NCBI GenBank assembly: GCA_038065655.1
Contig: JBBTQO010000009.1
Span: forward strand, 218 to 64,217
Length of the DNA stretch: 64,000 nt
Reading direction: 5' to 3'
Source: Patescibacteria group bacterium
GTDB taxonomy: Bacteria; Patescibacteriota; Minisyncoccia; Phycocordibacterales; WO2-35-19
The notes under the pieces are model-generated. The model saw only the letters and a list, made by a program, of their open reading frames with translations. It searched no databases and was not told the DNA's origin. Each line of letters begins with the position of its first letter. Position 1 is the first letter of the stretch. Both the position numbers and the translations under genes were made by a program. Below, one piece after another: positions 27,925 to 37,414 of the stretch.

Positions 27925-29528
27925 TTGCTTTTGTCGTTTCATTTGTTATAGGAATCGTTTTTGAAAAAATTTTTGGTTTGGGTTGGAGCATCGCCTTGCT
28001 CATAATTTTAGTTTCAGTAACTTTAAGGGCAATCCTTTGGGGCAATTCTTCAAGAGTTGCCCTTGGGGAAGAGAGTCAAAGACGCCCTTTGAAAGTTGTT
28101 CCCAAAAGGGCGTCTTTGACTTTCTTTGCGATTAGTTTGGCTTTTTCTCTCGGAATTTTGAGAATGAATTTTGTTAGCACTTCTCCTGATACAAATCTTT
28201 ACAAACTTATCAGCCAAAAAATTTCTTTTGAGGCCACTATTTCCGATGAGCCCGATATAAGAGATACTTCGGTGCGTTACATAGTCAGACCAGACTTTTC
28301 TTTGGAATATGTTTCTGAATGCACGGATATTTTCTTGCTAGAAAATTCCTCGTGCTCGGCTCAGTCAGCCTCGCAAGGCATTCATAAACACATTCCCTCG
28401 AAAAGTCTTGTACTTTTGGTCGCAAATAGATATCCTGAATTTCAATATGGCGACAAAATAAAAGTTTCTGGTAAATTAGATTTGCCAAAAAATTTCGTAG
28501 CAGAAAATGGTACAGAATTTGATTACATTTCATATTTAGCCAAAGATAAAATTCACTTTTTGATTTATCGTCCTCAAATTGAAAAAATAGAGGGTTATGA
28601 TGGTAGCAAAATTATTACCTCACTCTATTTACTTAAAAATAAATTCATAGAAAAAATTTCAGCGGTAGTGCCCGAACCAAACGCCTCTCTTTTGGGAGGA
28701 GTTATTTTTGGCGTCAAACAATCCTTGGGCACAGATTTGTTGGATGATTTTAGAAAAGTGGGGCTGATTCATATTGTAGTTCTTTCTGGCTATAACATTA
28801 CAATTATTGCGGTTGGCATATTTTACCTTACTTCTTTCTTAGGTAGAAGAAAGTTAGGTTTTGTTATAGGCGCAGTTTCTATTTTACTTTTTGCTATTAT
28901 GGTGGGCCTTGGCGCCACTGTAATCCGAGCTTGCATTATGTCTCTTATTTCTATTTTGGCGGTTTATCTCGGTCGACCTTCAGACGCATTACGCTTCCTT
29001 TTTATTGCTGGGTTTTTAATGCTCCTTTGGAATCCTTTACTTCTTTTTTATGACCCATCCTTTCAACTTTCTTTTATGGCCACATTGGGATTAATTTTAT
29101 TTTCGCCTTTTATTTTTTCTTTTATCACTGAGCACAAGTTTGGAAAGTTTATTTCAATCAAATTTGGTTTAAGAGAAATAGTTTCCTCCACATTAGCTGT
29201 TCAATTTTTTGTCTTACCTTTACTCATCAAGATGTCAGGTTTCGTTTCTTTAATTTCATTTTTAGTTAATCCAATTGTTTTACCACTAGTGCCGTGGGCG
29301 ATGGCCTTTGGCGCTTTGACTGGCGCACTCGGAATATTTTCTCAAATGCTTTCTTGGCCGTTTGGTGTCATTTCCTATTTTATTTCTCAAATAATAATTT
29401 ATATCACCGAACTTTCCGCAAATATTCCTCTTGCCACTTTGCAAACCGGATCAATTTCAATCTGGCTAATTTTTGTTTGGTATGTGGGTTATGGAGTTTT
29501 GTATAAAAAATTGTCAGCAGAAAAATAG
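27921..29528 (+). CDS. comEC: ComEC/Rec2 membrane domain with in-frame palindrome inserts
   Basis: GLIHIVVLSGYN, RACIM, FQLSFMAT. Confidence 0.92.
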   Translation: MIAFVVSFVIGIVFEKIFGLGWSIALLIILVSVTLRAILWGNSSRVALGEESQRRPLKVVPKRASLTFFAISLAFSLGILRMNFVSTSPDTNLYKLISQKISFEATISDEPDIRDTSVRYIVRPDFSLEYVSECTDIFLLENSSCSAQSASQGIHKHIPSKSLVLLVANRYPEFQYGDKIKVSGKLDLPKNFVAENGTEFDYISYLAKDKIHFLIYRPQIEKIEGYDGSKIITSLYLLKNKFIEKISAVVPEPNASLLGGVIFGVKQSLGTDLLDDFRKVGLIHIVVLSGYNITIIAVGIFYLTSFLGRRKLGFVIGAVSILLFAIMVGLGATVIRACIMSLISILAVYLGRPSDALRFLFIAGFLMLLWNPLLLFYDPSFQLSFMATLGLILFSPFIFSFITEHKFGKFISIKFGLREIVSSTLAVQFFVLPLLIKMSGFVSLISFLVNPIVLPLVPWAMAFGALTGALGIFSQMLSWPFGVISYFISQIIIYITELSANIPLATLQTGSISIWLIFVWYVGYGVLYKKLSAEK

Positions 29529-29561
29529 CTTCTTTTGTTCGGTACATAAATTTTTGTTTCG

Positions 29562-29636
29562 TCAAAATGAAAATTTGCAAAAGTCCTCGGGTCACCTCTT
29601 GCAGGGCTCAACCAGATTTTTGAAATTTTATTTTGC
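29562..29636. repeat. Palindrome family F; copy at 47275-47345
   Basis: CAAAATGAAAATT.GCAAAAGTCCTCGG...CCAGA.TTTTGAAATTTTATTTTG shared by both copies. Confidence 0.8.
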
Positions 29637-29646
29637 TTCACAAAAA

Positions 29647-30243
29647 TTATATAACTTCTGTAAAATTCTGTTCAATAACTTGCCAATTCAAATTTTCAAA
29701 AAAATCTTCAATGTATTGTTTTTTACCACTTGGTTGATAATCAGCAACGAAGGCATGTTCCCACATATCCAAAGCTAGGATAGGGGAGCAATTTTGCAGT
29801 TGGCCGATATGTTGTTCATCTATCCAAGTGTTTAAAAGTCTTTTATCTTTTTTATCCCAATAAAGCATAGCCCAACCTATGCCACGAGTGGTTGCCAAAG
29901 ATTTGAAATATGATAGCCATTTATCAAACGAGCCAAATTCTTCTGTAATGACCTTTTTTAATCCACTCGCATCATCCAAATTTTTAGTACCACCGGAAAG
30001 TGATTCAAAATACACCTCATGATTTCGCATACCGTTATATTCAAAACCGAATCTTCTTTGGGTCTCAGCTATAATATAAACATTAGCTTCTAGGTTAGCA
30101 CTCATTTCTTCGATTTTTTCTAAAACCAGATTGGCATTTTTTACATACCCGGCATAAAGTTTTAAATGTTCTTCAATATTTTTTTCTGAAATACCTTTAA
30201 GTTTTGGAATATTAAACTTTTTTTCTTCGAATTTTTGTGCCAT
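29647..30243 (-). CDS. Fe/Mn superoxide dismutase
   Basis: EEHLKLYAGYV, NHEVYF, GIGWA, PILALDMWEHAF. Confidence 0.92.
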   Translation of the reverse strand: MAQKFEEKKFNIPKLKGISEKNIEEHLKLYAGYVKNANLVLEKIEEMSANLEANVYIIAETQRRFGFEYNGMRNHEVYFESLSGGTKNLDDASGLKKVITEEFGSFDKWLSYFKSLATTRGIGWAMLYWDKKDKRLLNTWIDEQHIGQLQNCSPILALDMWEHAFVADYQPSGKKQYIEDFFENLNWQVIEQNFTEVI

Positions 30244-30285
30244 ATTTTATTGGTTAATGTTATTTGACTATTATATCATTAAAAT

Positions 30286-31203
30286 ATGAGCTTTAAATTA
30301 AAAATTAGGCTGATTATTCTAACTATCTTATTATTTCTAACTATCTTTTCATTTTATATTGCCTGGCGAGAGGAGGACAGAGGTATTTTGACAGTGGTTT
30401 TTTTAAACATTGGTCAGGGCGACGCTACCTTTATTGAAGGGCCAAATGGTAACCAAATTCTTATAGACGGCGGTCCGGGTAAGTCGGTACTTAGAGAATT
30501 GTCTAAAGTTATGCCTTTTTATGACCGAAGTATCGATGTTGTTTTGGCAACTCACGCTGACCAAGACCATGTTGGTGGATTGCCGGATGTTTTAAAAAAG
30601 TATCAAGTAAATATTTTTATGGAAACAGGAGTGGCCGGAGAATCTTCTTCTTATGAAGAACTTGAAAAAATAGTTGGAGAAAAAGAAAGTGCGAGTAGGA
30701 TTAAAAAAATATTAGTCAGAAAGGGTATGGAGATTGATTTGGGAGACGGGGCTATTTTGCAAATTCTTTTTCCCGATAGAGATCCCTCGGGCATGGAGAC
30801 CAATACCGCCTCAATTGTGGCCAGACTTGTTTATGGTGAAAATGAATTCCTACTTACTGGTGACTCGCCACAAGTTATTGAAAAATATCTGGTTTCTTTA
30901 GGTAGTCGAGAGTGTCAAGGGCAACCCTTGAAATGCTCCGGTCCCAAAGGGTTGCCCTTGACACTCGAAAGTGACGTGCTCAAAGCTGGGCATCATGGCT
31001 CAAAAACCTCAACCGGCGCAGTCTTCGTTTCAGCTGTTTCTCCCCAATATGTCGTCATTTCTGCAGGTAAAGACAATCGATACGGCCACCCCAATCAAGA
31101 AGTATTAGATATTGTTTCCAATTTTGGAGCCAAAATATTTCGCACCGACGAGTCGGGCCGCATTATATTCCAAAGCGATGGAGTAAATTTGGAAGTTAAA
31201 TAA
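30286..31203 (+). CDS. ComEC-type metallo-beta-lactamase domain protein
   Basis: IGQGDA, THADQDHVGG, LLTGD, LKAGHHGSKTS, NRYGHP. Confidence 0.92.
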   Translation: MSFKLKIRLIILTILLFLTIFSFYIAWREEDRGILTVVFLNIGQGDATFIEGPNGNQILIDGGPGKSVLRELSKVMPFYDRSIDVVLATHADQDHVGGLPDVLKKYQVNIFMETGVAGESSSYEELEKIVGEKESASRIKKILVRKGMEIDLGDGAILQILFPDRDPSGMETNTASIVARLVYGENEFLLTGDSPQVIEKYLVSLGSRECQGQPLKCSGPKGLPLTLESDVLKAGHHGSKTSTGAVFVSAVSPQYVVISAGKDNRYGHPNQEVLDIVSNFGAKIFRTDESGRIIFQSDGVNLEVK

Positions 31204-31267
31204 TAACTCTAAAATGTGTTGTAAAATAAAGCTATTTTGTCATCAACTCAATATTATGCAATAATAC

Positions 31268-31609
31268 TTGACAAATGTATATCTTTTTGCTATACTTATA
31301 TCAGATGGGGTTCAAAGAGCCCCTAAGGAGACACAATGAAGATCAGGAAGTTGAAGAAGAATCGACAGGTGCCACCGGCACCGAAACCGATTGCACTTAT
31401 GCTTGCGAACGCCTCCGGTCGAGACTGACGCCCTGGGCGCCGGCCGACACATTTCACTAGAAAGGAGGTATAGTCCAATGGATTGAACAATTGAGTTGCG
31501 CCAACCCGCGGTACAAGGCACCGTGGTTGCCACAAAGTCCAGTGGTGTATCAGAAACTATGGGCAAAAACTAGGGGTCCTGTCGTCATTGAAAACGCAGG
31601 CCCTTTTTG
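31268..31609 (+). other. Small structured transcription unit encoding a 30-aa peptide (31336..31428); possible sRNA
   Basis: TTGACA-17-TATACT; AAGGAG then MKIRKLKKNRQVPPAPKPIALMLANASGRD*; AAAGGAGGT then ATG-GAT-TGA; hairpins; terminator ending CAGGCCC-TTTTT. Confidence 0.6.
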
Positions 31610-31661
31610 TTTATATTTTTACTCTTGTCAAAAATTTTAATATTTTATATAATTTGAATAT

Positions 31662-32273
31662 ATGGAAGGTGTTCAAGGAGAATCAATAGAAGAATCAGGG
31701 GGATATAAACTTTGGAGACAGTCTGATAGCTGTATTGCTCGCTTCTTTCTTAGTGGCGACAAGAATAATCCGCCCGAACTCGAAGATGAATTATTTGAAG
31801 AAATAGTACGTAAAGGTCCAGATGAGTATGCATTGTCAGTGAGAGCATGTTCTCTAGGAGAACTAAAAGAGAACCCACCAAATGATTTAGTTATAGATTG
31901 GAAATACGCAAAGGACTACAATCTATATTTTGATGAGAAAAATTGTAGATGGATTTATTGGATTGAGGGGAATATTACTAATCCAGATCATGACCTGATT
32001 CAACAGGGAATAGAAAAAAGGAGGCAAAAGGGAATAACTCACTCAGCGTTTAGGTTTTTTTTAAAAAATCCAAAAAAATATATTGATAATTTTACTACCA
32101 AAAATTCATACTGCCCTTTTACAAATAAAGAGATAGGATTTATTGAAAAAGCAAGAGAATACTCAAGACATGGAGAATACGAATCTGAAGATGGTGGAGT
32201 TAGGCATGATTATGAATCACTGAAATGTCCTTGTGGTTGTGGCAAAAGTGCAGAAGAAATTATAAATGAATAA
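31662..32273 (+). CDS. Hypothetical protein with C-terminal CPCGC
   Basis: 203-aa ORF preceded by TTGTCA..TATAAT; no family recognised. Confidence 0.65.
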   Translation: MEGVQGESIEESGGYKLWRQSDSCIARFFLSGDKNNPPELEDELFEEIVRKGPDEYALSVRACSLGELKENPPNDLVIDWKYAKDYNLYFDEKNCRWIYWIEGNITNPDHDLIQQGIEKRRQKGITHSAFRFFLKNPKKYIDNFTTKNSYCPFTNKEIGFIEKAREYSRHGEYESEDGGVRHDYESLKCPCGCGKSAEEIINE

Positions 32274-32295
32274 TATATAAAAATTTTTCTATACA

Positions 32296-32354
32296 CTAAA
32301 TAATCTTTGCTTTTTTGAGGGTGGCGTAGGCGCCGTTTTTTTGGATGGTTTTGA
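32296..32354 (-). pseudogene. Displaced duplicate of the rpmB 3' end
   Basis: 32309-32354 is identical to 32933-32978 (46 bp); encodes KTIQKNGAYATLKKAKII* versus ...AGVI*. Confidence 0.9.
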
Positions 32355-32564
32355 GTTTAACCGTATTGTTTTTACGGCTGATGAGGCAAATTTATCATGT
32401 TTAAAATAGCTCTCCAAATAACCCTTATTTTAAGCCACGCTTTGGTTTTTATAAAAAGAAAATGAAATTTTGCTTGACAAGAAAAGCATAGTATGCTATA
32501 CTTATGTAAGATAGTACTCCCAGGCTTATGTCGGGAGGTATAAAGCAAAAAAAAGGAGCCAGTC

Positions 32565-32846
32565 ATGTATAGAGTAAGATTTGAACTGAATTTCCATTCC
32601 GCTGACACAACGGAGTGGCAGGATTTCATCAAGGCCGGGGCTGGTCGGATACGGACTCGGTGCGTGGGGTGGAGTGTAGATTCTCCTCAAGATAAGTTTG
32701 AAATATGGGAGGCTAGGTCTTCCAGACCATTTGTGATCATCATTAACACTCGTGATCACGAGGGTTTCGTCAGGACTGAAAAGGTCCTCGTGGCCACCTC
32801 GGAAAGGTGGCAAGACACTCCAGTCGAACACTGGAGAAAGTTGTAA
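32565..32846 (+). CDS. Orphan protein in a self-contained cassette
   Basis: TTGACA-17-TATACT (32474-32502), AAAGGAG SD, terminator 32854-32889. Confidence 0.7.
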   Translation: MYRVRFELNFHSADTTEWQDFIKAGAGRIRTRCVGWSVDSPQDKFEIWEARSSRPFVIIINTRDHEGFVRTEKVLVATSERWQDTPVEHWRKL

Positions 32847-32919
32847 GAGTTTTAGGGCGTCGTGTGGGTTCAAATCCTACCGACGCTCTTTCTTTTTATT
32901 AAAAATTTTTAAAGTTTAT

Positions 32920-33162
32920 TTATATAACTCCAGCTTTTTTGAGGGTGGCGTAGGCGCCGTTTTTTTGGATGGTTTTGATGGCTCGAGTAGAGAGAGTCAG
33001 AGTAAAAGATTTGTTGAGTTCGGGCACGAAAATTTTCTTTTTTTGTAAATTGGCAAATTTCCTTGTATTGCCACAAGGATTAAACTGGGTGGCGCGGGTT
33101 CGGTTTGAATAGGAACCGCCCATCTGAGATGATTTTTTTGTAATTGCACATTCTTTAGCCAT
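32920..33162 (-). CDS. rpmB: 50S ribosomal protein L28
   Basis: MAKECAIT.K...RKFANLQKKKIFVPE...LTLSTRAIKTI.K.G. Confidence 0.93.
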   Translation of the reverse strand: MAKECAITKKSSQMGGSYSNRTRATQFNPCGNTRKFANLQKKKIFVPELNKSFTLTLSTRAIKTIQKNGAYATLKKAGVI

Positions 33163-33218
33163 GACTCAAGTATACTAACAGATAATCATATCTTTGCAAG
33201 TGTGTTAAAATACAAGAT

Positions 33219-33833
33219 ATGGATTTTTTGTTTATTATCATCATCCTTATAATGTCGGTTGTGATACATGAAGTTTCTCACGGTTATGCGGCACTCGCCC
33301 TTGGCGATTCGACTGCCAAGTATGAGGGACGATTGACTTTGAACCCTTTTTCTCATCTCGACCCAGTGGGCTCGGTTTTGGTGCCTCTCATTGGCTATTT
33401 TGCCGGAGGGTTTATTATCGGTTGGGCTAAGCCAGTCCCTTTTAATCCTTACAATTTAAGAAACCAAAGATGGGGTGAAGCTTTGGTGGCAATAGCTGGG
33501 CCTCTTTCAAATATTTCTTTAGCAATTATATTTGGACTATTTATACGATTGGCCTCCGATTATGGATTTATTAATCCAGCTTTTTTGAGTTTGGCGGGTT
33601 TCGTGGTGATGATAAATATCGTCTTGGCCATATTTAATCTGGTTCCTATTCCACCCCTTGATGGTTCCAAAATACTTTCAGCCTTTTTGCCTTATAAATG
33701 GCATGGTTTTATGCAAAATCTAGAAAAATTTGGTCTAATTTTAGTCTTTGTTTTTATATTTTTATTTTGGCCAGTGATGAGCCCGATTATAAATTTTCTT
33801 TTTACTTTTTTGATTGGTCAGCCAATGCTCTAA
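33219..33833 (+). CDS. Site-2 protease (M50)
   Basis: HEVSH, AGPLSN, FNLVPIPPLDG. Confidence 0.93.
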   Translation: MDFLFIIIILIMSVVIHEVSHGYAALALGDSTAKYEGRLTLNPFSHLDPVGSVLVPLIGYFAGGFIIGWAKPVPFNPYNLRNQRWGEALVAIAGPLSNISLAIIFGLFIRLASDYGFINPAFLSLAGFVVMINIVLAIFNLVPIPPLDGSKILSAFLPYKWHGFMQNLEKFGLILVFVFIFLFWPVMSPIINFLFTFLIGQPML

Positions 33834-33840
33834 AATTGCT

Positions 33841-35166
33841 ATGCGAAAAAATCTTCTTTTAGCAGAACATCTAACCATCTCGTCAGTAGTTCTCTTTATT
33901 ATGCTTGGCGCAGTTTTTGCGTCTTTTTCTTTGGTGGAAGACATTTTAACGAGACCGCAGAGATATTTTAGTACCGAATTATCATCGGAAGAAATACAGT
34001 TTATTCTTGTTCATATATCATTTGTCATAATCAGTGTTCTTGCCTCTTACATTATTTATTTGGTGCTCTCATTACATACCCGTACCGAAATTACTGTTTT
34101 TAATACTACTAAATCGTTAGCGGCTTCATTGGAGCAATTTGTTAAATTTTATGAAGAGGCGCCGGTGCCTTATATTATTATTGATAAATCAGGAAAAATA
34201 ATAAATCCAAACAAAGCCGCCCTGCGCTTCTTTGGAGTAGTTTTGGAAGAAATTAAAGAAAAAGATATTTTTCATTATCAACCAGAAGAAGATAAAGATA
34301 GAATAGAAAAACTGACCAGATATTATAAAGGAAACATTCCTATTAATAGGGAAGAAGTACGGATAGTTACCAAAAGTGGCGCTATTAAATGGGCTCTGCT
34401 ATCAATTTTTGAAACAAAAGATCCTGAGAGCTTTGCTCGTACCGGGCTAGTTACTATTTTTGATATCACTGAACAAAAACAATTGGATCAAGCAAAAACA
34501 GAATTTGTTTCTCTGGCTTCGCATCAATTGCGGACACCGGTGGCTACCGTTAAATGGTATGTAGAGATGTTGCTTTCGGGTAATATGGGGGAATTTTCTC
34601 CTAAACAAAATGATTATCTTGGGACGGTATATAAAGTAAACGAGGAGATGATTGATTTGGTAGAAACTTTGTTAAATGTTTCAAGAGTTGAAATCGGTTC
34701 CGTAAGAGTTGAATCTAAACCAACCAATGCTATTGACCTCACTGAAGGCATATTGGTAGAGCTTTCTCCTCAAATCGAAACAAAAAAGATAAATATTGAA
34801 AGACAGTATGATGATAATTTAAGAAATATAGAAAGTGATCCAAAGTTATTGCGCATAGTGATTCAAAATTTAATTTCTAATGCTGTAAAATATACTCCAG
34901 ATGGGGGCACTGTTGCTATTCGTTTTAAAGAATCTTTAGGAGAGAATATCATTGTTGTTTCCGATAATGGTATTGGTATTCCGGAAAATCAACAAAATAA
35001 GGTCTTTACAAAAATGTTTCGAGCAGACAATGCCCACAATTTAACTGGAAGTCAAGGTACTGGTTTGGGTCTATATTTGGTAAAATCAATAATAGAAGCA
35101 ATGGGCGGGAATATAAGTTTTATATCAAAAGAAGACGAAGGTAGCACCTTCACAATTAAACTTTAA
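33841..35166 (+). CDS. Membrane PAS histidine kinase
   Basis: SHQLRTP, NLISNAVKY, DNGIGI, GTGLGL. Confidence 0.93.
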   Translation: MRKNLLLAEHLTISSVVLFIMLGAVFASFSLVEDILTRPQRYFSTELSSEEIQFILVHISFVIISVLASYIIYLVLSLHTRTEITVFNTTKSLAASLEQFVKFYEEAPVPYIIIDKSGKIINPNKAALRFFGVVLEEIKEKDIFHYQPEEDKDRIEKLTRYYKGNIPINREEVRIVTKSGAIKWALLSIFETKDPESFARTGLVTIFDITEQKQLDQAKTEFVSLASHQLRTPVATVKWYVEMLLSGNMGEFSPKQNDYLGTVYKVNEEMIDLVETLLNVSRVEIGSVRVESKPTNAIDLTEGILVELSPQIETKKINIERQYDDNLRNIESDPKLLRIVIQNLISNAVKYTPDGGTVAIRFKESLGENIIVVSDNGIGIPENQQNKVFTKMFRADNAHNLTGSQGTGLGLYLVKSIIEAMGGNISFISKEDEGSTFTIKL

Positions 35167-35183
35167 AAGTTATTTTAAAATAT

Positions 35184-35570
35184 ATGGAAGAAACAAATAA
35201 AAAAAGAATATTAGTTGTTGACGACGATGATAATTTAAGATCAGTTTTAATTGATAAGCTAAATATTTCTGGGTTTGATGTGGCTGGGGCCTCTGATGGG
35301 AGAGAGGGCTTAAACAAAGCGTTTGAATTACGCCCCGATATTATATTGCTTGATGTTTTGATGCCTATAATGAATGGTCAAGAAATGCTTAGAAAATTGA
35401 GAGAGGATGAAGAGTGGGGTAAAAAGGTTAAAGTTATAATGCTCACAGTGGTAGAAGACGCGACAGTTATTGCCCAAGCCGTGCAAGACGGGAGTTTTGC
35501 CTATCTTATAAAAACAGATCAAAGTATAGATGATATAGTGGAGAAAATAAAAGGAATGCTCAAGATGTAA
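35184..35570 (+). CDS. Single-domain response regulator
   Basis: LVVDDD, LLDVLMP.MNG, YLIK. Confidence 0.92.
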   Translation: MEETNKKRILVVDDDDNLRSVLIDKLNISGFDVAGASDGREGLNKAFELRPDIILLDVLMPIMNGQEMLRKLREDEEWGKKVKVIMLTVVEDATVIAQAVQDGSFAYLIKTDQSIDDIVEKIKGMLKM

Positions 35571-35677
35571 TTAAAAAGGGGCCTTTATAAGGGGTCATAT
35601 TTTTGGTATGGGGTTGCTTTTTTCTTTGCTTTGTATTAGATTAGTACTTGTCCGCGAGAGCGGTTTTTAAGTTTCAA

Positions 35678-36097
35678 ATGCCTACTATAAATCAATTAGT
35701 TAAAAGAAAAAGAAAAATTCTTCGCTCGAAATCAAAAGCGATAGCTTTGGCGCGTGGTTTTAATACTTTAAAGAACAGACCGGTATATTATGCCTCTCCT
35801 TTTAAAAGAGGTGTTTGTACTAAAGTAACTACCAAAACTCCAAGAAAACCCAACTCAGCTATCCGAAAGATTGCCAGGGTCCGCTTAACCAATGGTATGG
35901 AAGTGACTGCCTATATCCCAGGAATGGGACACAATTTGCAAGAGCACTCAGTGGTTATGCTTAGAGGAGGGAGAGTGAAAGATATTGGAGTACGCTACAC
36001 CATAGTCAGAGGTAAGCTCGACGCTCAGGGCGTAGCCAATAGAAAGACCTCAAGATCAAGTTATGGCGTTAAAAGACCTAAAAAAGATGGAAAATAA
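35678..36097 (+). CDS. rpsL: 30S ribosomal protein S12
   Basis: [31 protein letters not shown]. Confidence 0.98.
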   Translation: MPTINQLVKRKRKILRSKSKAIALARGFNTLKNRPVYYASPFKRGVCTKVTTKTPRKPNSAIRKIARVRLTNGMEVTAYIPGMGHNLQEHSVVMLRGGRVKDIGVRYTIVRGKLDAQGVANRKTSRSSYGVKRPKKDGK

Positions 36098-36100
36098 AAT

Positions 36101-36571
36101 ATGAGAGGAAAAGTAAAAAACAGAAACATAGCTAAACCGGATATAATTTTTAATTCTCAAAAAGTTGAGAAGTTTATTAATTATGTAATGCAGGAAGGCA
36201 AGAAAAATACTGCCCGAAAAATAGTTTATACCGCTTTTGATTTAATTAAAGAAAAAGCCAAAGTAGAAAGTCCAATGGAAGTATTTGATACTGCTTTAAA
36301 AAATGCCGGACCAACTATGGAGGTTCGTTCTCGCCGAATTGGGGGTGCTAACTATCAAGTGCCGAGAGAAGTTAGACCAGAGAGAAGATCTTATCTTTCA
36401 ATGAAATGGATTATTGATGCCGCTAAAGCTAAAAAAGGCAAACCAATGGCCGAAAAACTTTCCGAGGAAATAATTTTAGCTTCTAAAAACGAAGGCGAAG
36501 CTATCAAAAAACGCGAAAACGTTCACAAAATGGCTGAATCCAACAAAGCTTTTGCCCATTTTGCGTGGTAA
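36101..36571 (+). CDS. rpsG: 30S ribosomal protein S7
   Basis: [28 protein letters not shown]. Confidence 0.98.
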   Translation: MRGKVKNRNIAKPDIIFNSQKVEKFINYVMQEGKKNTARKIVYTAFDLIKEKAKVESPMEVFDTALKNAGPTMEVRSRRIGGANYQVPREVRPERRSYLSMKWIIDAAKAKKGKPMAEKLSEEIILASKNEGEAIKKRENVHKMAESNKAFAHFAW

Positions 36572-36629
36572 TTTTTTCTTTCAATATTTTGTTGCAGAAG
36601 CACCACTCGGTGTTTTTTGTTTTTTAGTA

Positions 36630-36667
36630 ATACACAGATTACTGACAACCGTCAGTGATGTGTGTAT
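36630..36667. repeat. 38-bp palindrome left of the PaaX/Cas2-like gene
   Basis: ATACACAG-ATTACT-GAC-AACC-GTC-AGTGAT-GTGTGTAT. Confidence 0.85.
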
Positions 36668-36680
36668 TATAATAAAAGCA

Positions 36681-37250
36681 ATGATAACGAGTTTAGAGAA
36701 AAAAATTAAAAAGGCAAATATACAAAAAGTTATTTTGGAAACGGTAAAATTAGCTGGAATTATTGGTGTTGGAATAATTGCTCCGAATGTATTGAGGGCA
36801 ATGAAAAAAATGGGGTTCATTACACACCCAAGGCAAATTGAATCAATAAAAAGATCTCGAGATGTTCTTATTGAAAGAGGTTTGCTTGAAAATAAAAACG
36901 GGCAACTAAAGATAACGCAAGGAGGAAAAAGGTATTTATTCAGGTGCTTATCTTTGGGAGACAATAAGGAATTAAACAAAAATAAAAAATGGGATGGCAA
37001 ATGGCGGGTTTTAATTTTTGACATTCCCGAAAGCAGGAGATTTGACAGAACAAATATTCGCCAAGCTCTTATTTCAATCGGATTTATGAGGTTGCAGGAT
37101 AGTGTTTGGATATATCCATATAGTTGTGAAAACATAGTATCTCTTTTAAAAGCTGAAACCGAAACGGAAGGAGATGTTTTGTATATGATTGTGGAAGCAT
37201 TGGAAAATGACGAAGAAGTAAAAAAATACTTCGGACTTAGTAAAAAATAG
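36681..37250 (+). CDS. CPR PaaX-like protein (winged helix plus Cas2/VapD-like ferredoxin fold)
   Basis: GLLE...LKITQGG, KWDGKWRVLIFDIPESRR...GFMRLQDSVWIYPY; start ATG 36681 after TATAAT. Confidence 0.85.
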   Translation: MITSLEKKIKKANIQKVILETVKLAGIIGVGIIAPNVLRAMKKMGFITHPRQIESIKRSRDVLIERGLLENKNGQLKITQGGKRYLFRCLSLGDNKELNKNKKWDGKWRVLIFDIPESRRFDRTNIRQALISIGFMRLQDSVWIYPYSCENIVSLLKAETETEGDVLYMIVEALENDEEVKKYFGLSKK

Positions 37251-37260
37251 ATTTTTTGGT

Positions 37261-37298
37261 ATACACAGGTTATTGACGGTCGTCGATGATGTGTGTAT
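37261..37298. repeat. 38-bp palindrome right of the PaaX/Cas2-like gene
   Basis: ATACACAG-GTTATT-GAC-GGTC-GTC-GATGAT-GTGTGTAT. Confidence 0.85.
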
Positions 37299-37414
37299 AT
37301 GGTTTTAGATTTTATTTTAAATTAAAGCTGATGTAATAAAATTTATAAAAAATGGACGATCGCCTGTTGTGGCGATCGTCCCCTGAATCAATTTTTTACT
37401 TCAGAGCCCAGTAT

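Noticed and set aside
36630-37298. CRISPR-Cas locus suggested by the Cas2-like protein and 38-bp repeats
   Set aside because: Only two copies 600 bp apart plus one distant copy, with no spacer periodicity and no cas1 or effector genes.
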